A DNA stretch of 64,000 nucleotides from an uncultured virus (IMG/VR IMGVR_UViG_3300025679_000006) (taxonomy: Duplodnaviria; Heunggongvirae; Uroviricota; Caudoviricetes). The translations under genes were made by a program, and so were the position numbers. Location: the IMG/VR virus record IMGVR_UViG_3300025679_000006; one strand, given 5' to 3'. Below the pieces are notes generated by a model. The model had not been told where the DNA came from and did no database searches. It was given only the letters and a program-made list of their open reading frames with translations. This document shows positions 28,329 through 38,586 of this stretch, piece after piece; position 1 is the stretch's first letter, and each line of letters begins with the position of its first letter.

Positions 28329-29282
28329 ATGAATAAAATGTTAACGATGGTTCTAGTAACGATGTTTGTACCCATTGCGGTTTGGGCCCAGGACGCGCCA
28401 GCCCCGGCGAACCCCACAGCGGTGGAGTTGAAAATTGCAGCCGGCAGTTCGAGCGGAACGTACGAAGAGTTAACCAAAGAGATCCAACAGCTAGTTGGGG
28501 ACACCGTAACGTTGACTGTTGTACCCTCGAAGAATGCGCCGGACAACCTCGACCATCTTGTCGGGAACCAAGCAAACATTGCCATGTTAACCCAAGACGT
28601 TATCTTTTATCGTTCCCAGATAGACGACTTGACCCACTTGAAAACATTGGTAGCGCTCTTTCCCGAAGACGTCAACATTATTGCCAAGGCGGATCCCTTT
28701 GTTATATCGAACGGGGCCTTTGGACTCGGGAAGAAAACCGCCACAATTGACAGCGTGGCTGATATGGCCAGACTGCCAGTTGGATGCGCGGGTGGTGGGT
28801 TCATTACCGCTAACGTTATGAAGGCTCAAGGCGGAGTTGATTGGGATATTGTGCGTTTTGATTCTGGAACCCAAGTTCTTTCCGCGTTGCGCGACGGTAC
28901 AATTGCTGCTGCCTTGTTTGTTGGAGCTGCGCCTTTGCCTAACATCGCTGGATTGAATGGGGATTACAAGCTTATCGCCATTAACGACAGCGTGGCTGAA
29001 CGCTTGAAGGCTTCCGGCTACAAGAAGAGCTCAATCACATATACCAACATTAGCCCAACGCCGGTGGATACTATTTCCGCCGACTGTTTAATTGTAACCA
29101 GAAATTACAAGAGTCCGCGTATCATAGCTGCTCTGTTAAAGTTACGTCAGGCAATTTACGACCACTTGACGGACATGCAAGAACAGGTGGGCTTTCACAA
29201 GGCTTGGCAGAAAGTAGACCCGGCCAACAAGGGCAAGTGGCCTTGGTTTACTGGAACACAGGACGTGCCAACAGATCAATGA
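28329..29282 (+). CDS. TAXI-family TRAP solute-binding-like protein
   Basis: Signal peptide; IAAGSSSGTY, N...L, TQD, ALFPEDVNII motifs. Confidence 0.75.
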   Translation: MNKMLTMVLVTMFVPIAVWAQDAPAPANPTAVELKIAAGSSSGTYEELTKEIQQLVGDTVTLTVVPSKNAPDNLDHLVGNQANIAMLTQDVIFYRSQIDDLTHLKTLVALFPEDVNIIAKADPFVISNGAFGLGKKTATIDSVADMARLPVGCAGGGFITANVMKAQGGVDWDIVRFDSGTQVLSALRDGTIAAALFVGAAPLPNIAGLNGDYKLIAINDSVAERLKASGYKKSSITYTNISPTPVDTISADCLIVTRNYKSPRIIAALLKLRQAIYDHLTDMQEQVGFHKAWQKVDPANKGKWPWFTGTQDVPTDQ

Positions 29283-29981
29283 AAGCGAAAGAACTTATAA
29301 AGCTGTTGCAGGATATGGACGGAGGTAGGGATCTGCCGGTATTCTTCTGCCAAGGCAGCATCTACAACGAGGGCCTCACGAACATCGGGGACGTTGTTAT
29401 CGCAGATCCCTACTTCATCGTCATTAAAAAAGTGGGGAAGTACGGGACGAATTAATGTATAGAATATATCACTTTATAAAGGATTGCGTTATGGTCAAAG
29501 AATACGAAGTTAAAGTAATCCCGTTCATTCACCACCCCGAGATAACGCTGGAAGAAGCCTACGACGAGTATAAAATAATTCAAGACAGAAGGTTCACCTA
29601 CTGGACGTTTGGTTCTTATGTGGATCGTCTGAGAGGGAAAGGATGGATAGTAACATGAGCGACGAAAAGAAAGAAGAGATCAGCGTCCCCAAGCACGCCT
29701 CTCAAATCAAGGTGCTCTTCGACAAGTTGACCGAGATGATACTGGCGTCCGTCATAACCAAAGCCGACGGCATCAATCTATTGGTCATGGTATTGCAATG
29801 GGCTGCCTTGATAATTGCTTCCATCTTGGTTATGTTGGAGAGCGACCCGCGCAAAATCCAAATAGTTTTTGAAAGGTTCATGGATACCTTCGCTAAAGAC
29901 GTTGGTCAAAACGTAAAGATGATACAGACTCTTCAGAGAAACGCCAAAGGTGAAGAAGAAAAGAGGATAATCGTACCATGA
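29279..29981 (+). other. Short hypothetical ORFs (incl. 29455-29658, 29643-29981)
   Basis: Packed ORFs, no motifs. Confidence 0.45.
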
Positions 29982-30490
29982 AAATCTACGTAATATCCGA
30001 TACACATTTCGGCCACGAAAAGATCAAAGGATATTGTCAGCGCCCGGACGACCATGAAGAACGGTTAATGGCATCCATGAAAGTGGCAAGTCGAAACGAT
30101 TGTCTAATCCACTTGGGAGACGTTTGCATTGACTCGGGCAAAGAAGATATCTGGAACGAAGGATTCATAGGTTCATTGGCGTGTCGTAAGATTCTTGTTC
30201 TTGGCAACCACGACAACAAGTCTTGGAGTTGGTATATGGAGCATGGTTGGGACTTTGTGTGCGACTCTTTTAAGCTTCAATACGCGGGATTTAATATCTG
30301 CTTCTCACACAAACCCCAGCCTTGGGACGGAGACTGGGAGATTAACGTTCACGGCCACCTGCACAACCTGGGCCACCGGGACAAAGAGTTCAAAGAGTTA
30401 AAAAGGTGGCATCGGCTTTACGCGCCTGAGCTCCAGAATTATCAGTTGGTTGAGCTCAGTAAATTCGTGCAAACAGGGACAAAGGAATGA
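29978..30490 (+). CDS. Calcineurin-like metallophosphoesterase
   Basis: SDTHFGH, HLGD, GNHD, SH.P, HGHLH motifs. Confidence 0.9.
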   Translation: MKIYVISDTHFGHEKIKGYCQRPDDHEERLMASMKVASRNDCLIHLGDVCIDSGKEDIWNEGFIGSLACRKILVLGNHDNKSWSWYMEHGWDFVCDSFKLQYAGFNICFSHKPQPWDGDWEINVHGHLHNLGHRDKEFKELKRWHRLYAPELQNYQLVELSKFVQTGTKE

Positions 30491-30491
30491 T

Positions 30492-31738
30492 ATGAAATCA
30501 ATTGCAGCATTAGCAGGGGTATTGATAGCGAGCATCTGGTGGATGTATGTAAGCAGGAAAATTGATAAACAAATCAAGGAAGAAGAAGAAAGGGAGAAGA
30601 GATATGAAGCCGACGTCAATTGAGCTTTGGAAAGGCCGTCAAAAGAAATCAATAAAGCGCAGAAGCGCAGTCAAGAAATACAGCAGGTGGTACAAACGCA
30701 CTCATCCTAAAACTCGTTTCAAACGTAGTTCAGTAGACGAAAAAGCCTCGAGAGAGTATATGCCTTTAAGCTTGGAGCAGGGGATTCTTTCCCAGATTTT
30801 CGGGATGATGATAGAAGAGAAGGTGCGCAAGTCTCAAGGGCGAAGGGGGAGCTGATGTTAAAATACGTATTAGCTTTAGTTGTAATCGGGATGACAATCC
30901 TAATTCTCACCAATCAATCCTATATAAAAGGAGTATCCGACGGAGTTCAATCTCGGATCGATTATGAACACGGCCACTAAAGGAGTAGACCATGCCCTAT
31001 GTCTGTACCACATGCGGGAAAATCCACGAGACCGGCGTGCTTTGTACAAGCCCTTTACCACTTTCGCCAAAGGAAGTAAGCTACCAATTGGCCCGGTGCA
31101 AAGTGGCCCTGTGGAAAATAGCCGTAGACTACCACGAAGACAACCCCGCAAGACACCTTAATCCCGTCGCAGCTTGGGAAGTTGCGGACAAGGCCCTTAA
31201 AGAGATAGGAGCAATACCAGATGGACACGAATAGAAGAATTTTAAAAAAGGGTACCAAGTTCATTATTCTCGGGAAAACGGAGAACAAAAAAGAAGAGGC
31301 TCTCAAGGACGTCAACGTAACAATCCACTGCCGAAACATGGGAAAGGTTTACTTTGTCCTCGGCAAGATGATGTGCAAAACTGATAACAATCTTTTACCA
31401 TAACCAACAACGAAAGGAATCCAATGGAAACACCACCAAAGCCGATTACAGTAATGGGTATTGTTGAAGAGTTAAAGAAGTCCTCGGGGTTTGTGCTGTT
31501 CGTATCTTACGCTGTAAGACAAGAGAACGGGGACGTTATACTGGAGAACCGTTATATGCGCCAGCAATTTGTTCCAGAAGATTTGCAAAAGATGTTTGAG
31601 AATTTTAACGGACTGGTTGTTGGCGATCTTAAAAACGCTGCGGTAGAATTAGTTAAAGCTGCCGAAGCGATAGCCAACATGAAAAAGCCAACGGAATCCA
31701 CACAAGAGCACGAGGGCGCGAAAGATTCAGACGCATAA
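30492..31738 (+). other. Short hypothetical ORFs ending with 31424-31738
   Basis: Packed ORFs up to the terminator. Confidence 0.45.
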
Positions 31739-31779
31739 AAATAGGCTTTGCCAAGTCGTCACCCGGCAAAGCCTATTTT
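31738..31779. terminator. Bidirectional intrinsic terminator
   Basis: 15-bp inverted repeat AAAATAGGCTTTGCC/GGCAAAGCCTATTTT with a 12-nt loop, exactly between convergent arms. Confidence 0.85.
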
Positions 31780-31780
31780 A

Positions 31781-31966
31781 TTATCCTTTCTTAATGCTAG
31801 GATACTTTGTTTGGTGAATCCCCACCACACCCAAGATCATTAACACGACCAATGTTATCGGATTGGTCAAGAGGTGTGTGTGATAGACGTTGTCAGCGGT
31901 TCCCAACCCCGCCAACGCGATGGTCAAAACGTCTGACCCTATCACTACCCAACTTGATGGCAACAT
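31781..31966 (-). CDS. Small two-TM protein, possible holin
   Basis: GGAGGA RBS, 61 aa, two hydrophobic segments, basic C-terminus, last late gene. Confidence 0.5.
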   Translation of the reverse strand: MLPSSWVVIGSDVLTIALAGLGTADNVYHTHLLTNPITLVVLMILGVVGIHQTKYPSIKKG

Positions 31967-31992
31967 ACTCGTCCTCCTTTGTTTGCTGGTTA

Positions 31993-32463
31993 TTACGTTG
32001 CTGACGAACTGGAACTGCTCGAGCTTGATCGACTGCTGCTCGATGAACTGGAGCAAGACGAGCTTGATAGACTCGAAGAGCTCGAAGAACTGCTCGATGA
32101 CCGGCTCGAAGAACTGCTCGACACCGAAGAGCTGGAGCTGGAAGAAGAGCTAATTGGGTTGTCAACTTTAATGTGGAATCTTTCTCCCCATCCAGACCAC
32201 GCGCCTATAACGACAAACGCCTGAGCGGAGTACTTCCCGCATTGGTTAAAGTCGCCGTCCTGAATTCTAAAGAGAATCCAATCGGTACTACCGTTGTAAT
32301 TCGTGGGAGTGGCTACCCGTTGTATCTTTGTTCCGTCCGGGCGTTGTATAAATACCTCCGCCGAAGAAGCCTGACTAACGTCGATCCCGCAGTCCACATA
32401 AAATATCGTGTTCTCCTCACCGACATAATGAGGTTCATCACATTGTCTGAAATCGTCGTCCAT
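31993..32463 (-). CDS. BppU-N-like small structural protein with poly-Ser C-terminal tag
   Basis: RPDGT...GDFNQCGKY..Q..V Ig-like pattern; ends RSSSSSSSSSAT. Confidence 0.6.
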   Translation of the reverse strand: MDDDFRQCDEPHYVGEENTIFYVDCGIDVSQASSAEVFIQRPDGTKIQRVATPTNYNGSTDWILFRIQDGDFNQCGKYSAQAFVVIGAWSGWGERFHIKVDNPISSSSSSSSSVSSSSSSRSSSSSSSSSSLSSSSCSSSSSSSRSSSSSSSSSAT

Positions 32464-32464
32464 A

Positions 32465-34225
32465 TCAATTCCTTTCTATTAAACCAATCGGTAAATAAGA
32501 CTTCTTGAAATCTGTACCCAGCACCCTGCGGGGCGGGGACTCAACATTAGCGGGCCTGTCCACGGCTACTGGAAGAGGAGAACGCCGGGCGTCAATCCTC
32601 GTGACAAATCTAAACGACGACGAACTACTTGACAAAGACGACGAGCTGCTCGACTGAGAAGAGCTGCTACTAGATCTTGAAGAGCTACTGCTCGGCAAAG
32701 AGCTACTGCTAGAGCTCGAAGAAGAACTTTGACTAGAGCTACTCGAGCTAGAAGACAAAGATGAACTTGATGATGAACTGCTTGATGATCTAGAGCTCGA
32801 CGAGCTGCTTGACGATCGACTAGACGATGAGCTGCTCGATGATCGACTAGACGATGAGCTGCTCGATGATTTAGAACTTGAAGAACTGCTCGACGACTTA
32901 GAGCTCGATGAACTGCTAGAAGATCGGCTAGACGAAGAACTGCTTGACGATCGACTAGACGATGAGCTGCTCGATGATCTGGAGCTCGAACTACAGGAGC
33001 TCGACGAGCTTTTGGAACTTGACGAGCAAGAAGAACTTGAACTTTTGGATGAACAAGAACTCGATGATGACGAACTTCTGGACGAACAAGAAGAACAGGA
33101 TGAGCTCGAACTCCTAGAAGAGCAGCTGGACGATGAGCTTCGACAGCTTGAACTGGAGCTAGACGACTTCGATGAACAGCTCGAACTAGAAGACCGACAA
33201 CTCGAGGATGAGCAGCTTGAACTTGACGATCGGCAACTCGAACTCGATGATCGACAACTACAAGACGAACTGCTGGATGATCGGCAGCTGGATGATGAAC
33301 TACTCGAAGATCGACAACTCGACGAAGAACAGCATGAACTCGATGAGCTACTCGACCGGCTCGAAGAACATGAAGAACTGCTAGACCGGCTCGAGGAGCA
33401 TGAAGAAGAACTTCCCCCTGTGAACGTCAGAACAATAAGTCCTTGACCACCTGATCGGGCCCCACCACTTCTGAACCCTCCGCATCCGCCTCCATATTTA
33501 GCACCATTTCCACCAAGAACAGCTCCCTTACCACCACCGCCACCACCGCCACCAGTACCGTGTGAAGCATCAAATTCTGTACCAGTGCTTCCATCCGAAC
33601 CAGTAGTCTGACCTGTAAAATTACCACCGTTTCCGCCCGCGCCACCGCCATTTGTGGATGTTCCAGCTACACCGCCAGTTCCCTGAGATGCTGGTTTTCC
33701 ACCGTGAGCACCATTACCAGCTCCACCACCACCGCCACCATATGCCACACCCCCGGCCATATATCCATTACCACCATATCCACCTGCTTGTTGAGGACCG
33801 CCAGCACCGCCACCACCCGCTTGACAATATCCTTGTCTACTATTACCAGCTCCTCCACTAAATTTTGTTGTTCCAACTCCGACATAACTACCTTCCGTAC
33901 CGCCACCATAATATCCTCCATGGCCATTACCTTGATTCCCTCCTCCAATCGCTAGGATAGTCGAGGTGTTTTTGAAATAGGTATTACCGCCGGCTTGACC
34001 GGCATAAGTTGCACTAGATCCGCCGATACCAACAGCATAAGAATAGCCTGCCCCAGCGGTAACTGTCAAATTTACAATACCGCAATACTGACCACCACCT
34101 CCACTAGTTCCTGTACCAATAGCAGAACTGCCTCCACCGATACACTGGACCTTGGTCAGAAGCGTAACCCCCACTGGGATTGTGTAACTATGGGTTCCTG
34201 TCGTATGTAAAAATACTTGACTCAT
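32465..34225 (-). CDS. Glycine-rich-domain tail protein with ~270-aa Ser/Cys/Arg tract
   Basis: YTIPVGVT...IGGG and GGQGLIVL boundaries of a phage Gly-rich domain, then poly-Ser. Confidence 0.8.
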   Translation of the reverse strand: MSQVFLHTTGTHSYTIPVGVTLLTKVQCIGGGSSAIGTGTSGGGGQYCGIVNLTVTAGAGYSYAVGIGGSSATYAGQAGGNTYFKNTSTILAIGGGNQGNGHGGYYGGGTEGSYVGVGTTKFSGGAGNSRQGYCQAGGGGAGGPQQAGGYGGNGYMAGGVAYGGGGGGAGNGAHGGKPASQGTGGVAGTSTNGGGAGGNGGNFTGQTTGSDGSTGTEFDASHGTGGGGGGGGKGAVLGGNGAKYGGGCGGFRSGGARSGGQGLIVLTFTGGSSSSCSSSRSSSSSCSSSRSSSSSSSCCSSSSCRSSSSSSSSCRSSSSSSCSCRSSSSSCRSSSSSCSSSSCRSSSSSCSSKSSSSSSSCRSSSSSCSSRSSSSSCSSCSSRSSSSSSSCSSKSSSSSCSSSSKSSSSSCSSSSRSSSSSSSSRSSSSSSSSRSSSSSSSSKSSSSSSSSKSSSSSSSSRSSSSSSSSRSSSSSSSSRSSSSSSSSSSLSSSSSSSSQSSSSSSSSSSLPSSSSSRSSSSSSQSSSSSSLSSSSSSFRFVTRIDARRSPLPVAVDRPANVESPPRRVLGTDFKKSYLPIGLIERN

Positions 34226-34683
34226 TTAGGTATGTGCTCCCCTGTAGCTAAATTATATGTATCCCCTCTATTTATGAGAGGATGGTAAATACACTTATGG
34301 GCAACAGTATCTGGAAGACTCGGATGTTTAATGTTCTTGTTGAAGTGCTCGGCGTCTTTGTCAAGCTTCTTCTGGTAGAGAACCGGGCAAGCTAAGACCA
34401 TCTCTATGACTTCGTTGTTCGGGTTAACCACACCGCAATTTTTCCCGAAACCTAACTCAACGTTGTGGTTTTCTTTGATGTAGGGGATTAGAAAGTCTAG
34501 GTTGGGAATGTTCGCGTGATCCGCCCCCACTTTGGATTTCTCGATACAAAGCAATGTTGTCCCCTCGGGTCTATTTGCCTCGAGCCATGTTAAGTGCTCA
34601 TCAAACTCCGGATCCGGGTTAATCGTTCTAAGAACGATACCCGTTGCTGTGCTGTATAATATTCCCATGTAGTCAGAGTTCAT
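34222..34683 (-). CDS. Hypothetical protein
   Basis: ATGA overlaps on both sides. Confidence 0.6.
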   Translation of the reverse strand: MNSDYMGILYSTATGIVLRTINPDPEFDEHLTWLEANRPEGTTLLCIEKSKVGADHANIPNLDFLIPYIKENHNVELGFGKNCGVVNPNNEVIEMVLACPVLYQKKLDKDAEHFNKNIKHPSLPDTVAHKCIYHPLINRGDTYNLATGEHIPK

Positions 34684-35312
34684 TTTATAATCTCCCCGTC
34701 CAATATGGCAATTAAGTTTTTGTTCTCCAAAATTTGACGTTTGATTTCTTCCGTCAAATTGTGGCATGTTCCGAAAATAATAGTCTTCTCGTTGATACTC
34801 CCAAAATTGTAAAGGAACGTGCTAATCTGCAATCCCTTAAACGGTAGACCAAGATCCCCGGCAAAATACCTTTTCATCTCAACCAGCACTGACTTGTCCA
34901 GATCGTAGGCCTCGATACTCTGCCACTTCTTAACCATAGACGCCAACAGGACATCTATCCCGCGCCCAGCTTCCACTACCAGAATCCTATCCGCAAAGTG
35001 GCATACCGTCTTAAGCTTCTGGAAGGACGGCACTTTGTAGTCGTGGACTAGCTTAAAGAACAAAGGAAGATTGCTACACATCGTGCTGTCGTCGTGCCTC
35101 TTGGATTGATAATAATTCAAGAAGTCGTCATGGTCCATTGTGAGGCACTTGCACACCCCGTGCGTGTACGTATCGATGTCCCACATCCTCCCGCTGTTCG
35201 TCATATAGTGGTCTTTGAGATCGAGCGGAATCATGCTATTGTTAATCGAAATTCCGAAAAGCTGAATCTGCCTAATCTCCTGTTCAGTAAAGACGTGCTT
35301 TGGATTAAACAT
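34680..35312 (-). CDS. Class I SAM methyltransferase-like protein
   Basis: ILVVEAGRG ... IEAYDLD resemble motifs I and II. Confidence 0.45.
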   Translation of the reverse strand: MFNPKHVFTEQEIRQIQLFGISINNSMIPLDLKDHYMTNSGRMWDIDTYTHGVCKCLTMDHDDFLNYYQSKRHDDSTMCSNLPLFFKLVHDYKVPSFQKLKTVCHFADRILVVEAGRGIDVLLASMVKKWQSIEAYDLDKSVLVEMKRYFAGDLGLPFKGLQISTFLYNFGSINEKTIIFGTCHNLTEEIKRQILENKNLIAILDGEIIK

Positions 35313-35318
35313 ATTCTC

Positions 35319-36413
35319 CTATGGCTGATAGATGCTTTGAACCGGGTTCTGATAATTAGACCAGCCTATCTCACTATTCCTAAAAGACTTTAAGTCAAAC
35401 GACGCGCTGCTCGAAGAGCTGGAAGAGCTGCTTCGGGAAGAGCTTGAAGAACTGCAAGAGCTTGACGACCTCGAGCTGGACGAGCTTGACCGACTCGAAC
35501 AACTGGAGCTACTCGACCTGCAAGACGAGCTCGAGCTGGAACTCCGACAAGAGGACGAACTGCTCGAAGAGCTTGACCGACTCGAAGAAGAACTGATACT
35601 TCTTGAGGAGCTGGATGAACAAGAGCTCGACTTAGAACTACTGCTGCTCGAAGACCGGCAGGAAGAAGAACTGCTGGACGAGCTACGCGAGCTAGAGCTT
35701 GACGAAACGCTACTGCTTGAAGAGCTCGACGCAAAATTGTGTGAACTCGAAGAGCTGCTATTGCTGGATGAACTAGAACTTCTCGACGAAGAACTGCGCG
35801 AACAAGAAGAGCTCGATCGACAAGAACTCGAAGAACTAAGAGAGCTTGACTTGGAGCTGGAAGAGCTTGAACAGCTGGAAGACTTAGAAGAAGAGCTCGA
35901 ACAGCTGGAAGAAGAAGACGCTGAAGCGAACACGACGCTCCATAAGTCCGACTTAAGGGTAACGGGGTTGGGGTTAATTGAGAAAGAAGACGAAGAGCTT
36001 CTTGAGCTGGAAGAGCTGCTCCGACAAGAAGAGCTGGAAGAGCTACTGCTCTTTGAAGAAGAACTGGACGACACTGACTGAAAGCTAACCGCCCACAAGT
36101 CCGTCTCTAACATTGTTACCCTAGCCCATCCTATCGAACTGTTACCGACAACGATCTGCCAGTCCCACGCCGTGACGGTGTCAATTAATATGACTTGGTC
36201 GTCTTGTACCGTTCCAGTTGACTCGACTCCTAATGCCCCGCCAGTGATGAACATCCTCCAATAATTACCAGGATTAAGTATGTCCTGAAAGATGGGCTCT
36301 GCCTGTGCGGCCGAAGCGGTGATCGCATAACTCAACGAACCATTGACCATTTTCACGGCATACTTATTTCCCGGCACCGATCTGTCTTGGAGAACGTATT
36401 GATTGTAGATCAT
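35319..36413 (-). CDS. Ser-rich structural protein
   Basis: ~110-aa N-domain, repeated DLW.V.F.S motif, long Ser/Cys/Arg tracts. Confidence 0.75.
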   Translation of the reverse strand: MIYNQYVLQDRSVPGNKYAVKMVNGSLSYAITASAAQAEPIFQDILNPGNYWRMFITGGALGVESTGTVQDDQVILIDTVTAWDWQIVVGNSSIGWARVTMLETDLWAVSFQSVSSSSSSKSSSSSSSSCRSSSSSSRSSSSSFSINPNPVTLKSDLWSVVFASASSSSSCSSSSSKSSSCSSSSSSKSSSLSSSSSCRSSSSCSRSSSSRSSSSSSNSSSSSSHNFASSSSSSSVSSSSSSRSSSSSSSSCRSSSSSSSKSSSCSSSSSRSISSSSSRSSSSSSSSSCRSSSSSSSCRSSSSSCSSRSSSSSSRSSSSCSSSSSSRSSSSSSSSSASFDLKSFRNSEIGWSNYQNPVQSIYQP

Positions 36414-36415
36414 GG

Positions 36416-38578
36416 CTATCTCCCTAAAGACCCGCTGAGGGTCATATTGTCAAAGCTAGACACCGGGTTCGACTGACAAGTGGACGACCCGCAAACTCCC
36501 GCACAACAGAAGCTATTGCAACACTGTCCGCCAGAGGAACACGTACCGCCGTCGGCACTGCAGAACAGAACCCGTGAACCAATCTGTAATGCTCCGTCGT
36601 CTATCGGGCTGTTCTGCGGATAATTATTAAAGTCATTTGGACCATATTGATAAGTTATCCCTCCGACTCCTTTGCCACCAGCAAAGGCTCCGGGTGCGAG
36701 TGTTTCAAGGCTCATCATATTAGTGCTCTGGTAAAATGAACTAGCCGGTCCACCGAGCGTCCCCATAGGAATAATACCTGTATAACCCGGTGGTGTTCCG
36801 CAATGGTCATGAGCGCCATTGCATCCGGCATTATTATTATTCATGCCGTTGACCACATTATAGTCCTCGTCGTATAAGACTACCCCGCCGTTTGCCACTG
36901 GCGAACAAGGCGCCCCAGTTCCAAAATATACATAGGCAGTATAGTTGTCATTGTCTTGTTTAAAGCTAATAGCGCTGTCGTTGATCGCATACACTCCGCC
37001 ATTAGCAATATTATTCCTGACATGCACTTCTGTCGTAGCGTCACAAACCCCAGTAAATGAGATAGGAGTAATTGCTATCCCGTTGGTGTTAATGGTGTTG
37101 TTATATATGTAGGTTTTAGAACCAGATGCGATGATCATAACTAGAGCGTCGCCATTAGCACGACAAACTGATTCTCCTCCTCCTCCGCCAAAGCAAACGC
37201 TACTTAGGTAATATCCGACAGCTCCATTACAATTTGTAACGCCGGGAGAATCACAACAACCGTTTAACCTATTGATATTGTTATCCGTAAGTGTCCCCAA
37301 TGTGGTAGAAGCTACTGACTGATTAAGCCACCACGCACAGTCGGCATTGATTAAACTGTTTTCAACGATCTCAATCTTACCGTTGAGCTTGACCTGATTG
37401 CCACCATTCCCCTCGGCCCTGGACCTCTCAAAGATGATCGTTCCGTTACCGTTACCGTGCAGAGTATCAAGACCCTCTTGAGTGTTGAAACTTAATGAAG
37501 ATCCGTAGACCGTCCAATTTCCTGCGTTCGCACTTCCTTGAGGTCCAAAAGCAACTCCATCCCCGTAACCGCCATTCCCCTGCCCATAGCAGTTAAAATA
37601 ATTTGCGATGTTATCAACGGACTTGCTATACCCTGCCGTCGCAATATTATTGTAAATGTCCGCCGTGTCTTTTGCTGGATAGTATTCACCACAGCCCGTA
37701 AAGTCCACTTGGCTATTGATGATAGAGATCGTCCCGGTCATGACATTGTCCCCGTTCTGACTCTGCCCGATGTTAATACCACCAGAGCTATTACCGTATA
37801 TCTTGCAATTCGTAAAAGTAACATTCCCAACAGGACCATTGGGCACGGCGTTAAATACTCCCACATACATCCGATGCACGTTGACATTAGTTAAGGTCTC
37901 GCCCGTCCCGCCGACCTGAATCCCAACCCTTCCGTAAGGCCCATAAGGTGGCGTCCCCGGAGTAGGTATTGTGTGCGGATCAACGCAGACCCAAGGGAAC
38001 CCGTCTGGGTTAAGAGCAGGCCCGCCCGGAGGTGCTTGAGGCCCTTCATATAAACAACTCGAATGACTTGTGATCTCGAGATTCTGTAAATCAATAAATC
38101 CGAATTGAGCGTCGAGGACTATACTTATTCTTCCTGTACCCCAGAGCTGGGCGTAATGTGTACCCGTTCCGATAATATGTGTTTGCGCGACCTGACTAGC
38201 CCCTGCAGGAAGTGTTGTTAAACCACAAGAATCAGTGTTACCAGCATTGCACCCCGGAGCATTTGGCATTCCAAATCCAATCACATACTGAGCCTGTGCG
38301 CCCGGCGTTATATCGCTGTCCCCGTTAATAAAAATAGTGTCCCCACCGGCCCATCGAACCGTCCCGCCATTACCGGCAATGATCTGTGACGGATGATTGA
38401 CAGCGCAATTAGGTCCATTAGCACCCGTAAAAAGTGTAGGCAAACTTCCATTGCACGTTGTCGCCGTTGTCCCATACGTCGCCCCGCCATCCCTGACGTA
38501 CCAATTAGCCGCATGAGCAATCGACATGTTAAATAAACATGTCGATAAAAGAGCAATTAATAAGTATATTTTTTTCAT
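36416..38578 (-). CDS. Parallel beta-helix (pectin-lyase-like) protein with signal peptide and Cys-rich C-terminus
   Basis: MKKIYLLIALLS...AHA/ANWYVR..G, GGDTIFI, Asn/Gly-rich repeats, DDGALQ, CC-rich tail. Confidence 0.7.
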   Translation of the reverse strand: MKKIYLLIALLSTCLFNMSIAHAANWYVRDGGATYGTTATTCNGSLPTLFTGANGPNCAVNHPSQIIAGNGGTVRWAGGDTIFINGDSDITPGAQAQYVIGFGMPNAPGCNAGNTDSCGLTTLPAGASQVAQTHIIGTGTHYAQLWGTGRISIVLDAQFGFIDLQNLEITSHSSCLYEGPQAPPGGPALNPDGFPWVCVDPHTIPTPGTPPYGPYGRVGIQVGGTGETLTNVNVHRMYVGVFNAVPNGPVGNVTFTNCKIYGNSSGGINIGQSQNGDNVMTGTISIINSQVDFTGCGEYYPAKDTADIYNNIATAGYSKSVDNIANYFNCYGQGNGGYGDGVAFGPQGSANAGNWTVYGSSLSFNTQEGLDTLHGNGNGTIIFERSRAEGNGGNQVKLNGKIEIVENSLINADCAWWLNQSVASTTLGTLTDNNINRLNGCCDSPGVTNCNGAVGYYLSSVCFGGGGGESVCRANGDALVMIIASGSKTYIYNNTINTNGIAITPISFTGVCDATTEVHVRNNIANGGVYAINDSAISFKQDNDNYTAYVYFGTGAPCSPVANGGVVLYDEDYNVVNGMNNNNAGCNGAHDHCGTPPGYTGIIPMGTLGGPASSFYQSTNMMSLETLAPGAFAGGKGVGGITYQYGPNDFNNYPQNSPIDDGALQIGSRVLFCSADGGTCSSGGQCCNSFCCAGVCGSSTCQSNPVSSFDNMTLSGSLGR

Positions 38579-38586
38579 ATAACCTC

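Noticed and set aside
33012..33446. Plus-strand Glu/Leu/Asp-rich ORFs (also 31979-32224, 35737-36081, 40160-40504, 50721-51155)
   Set aside because: Antisense shadows of TCN/AGY serine codons; opposite to operon direction, no RBS, and they coincide with the Ser tracts.
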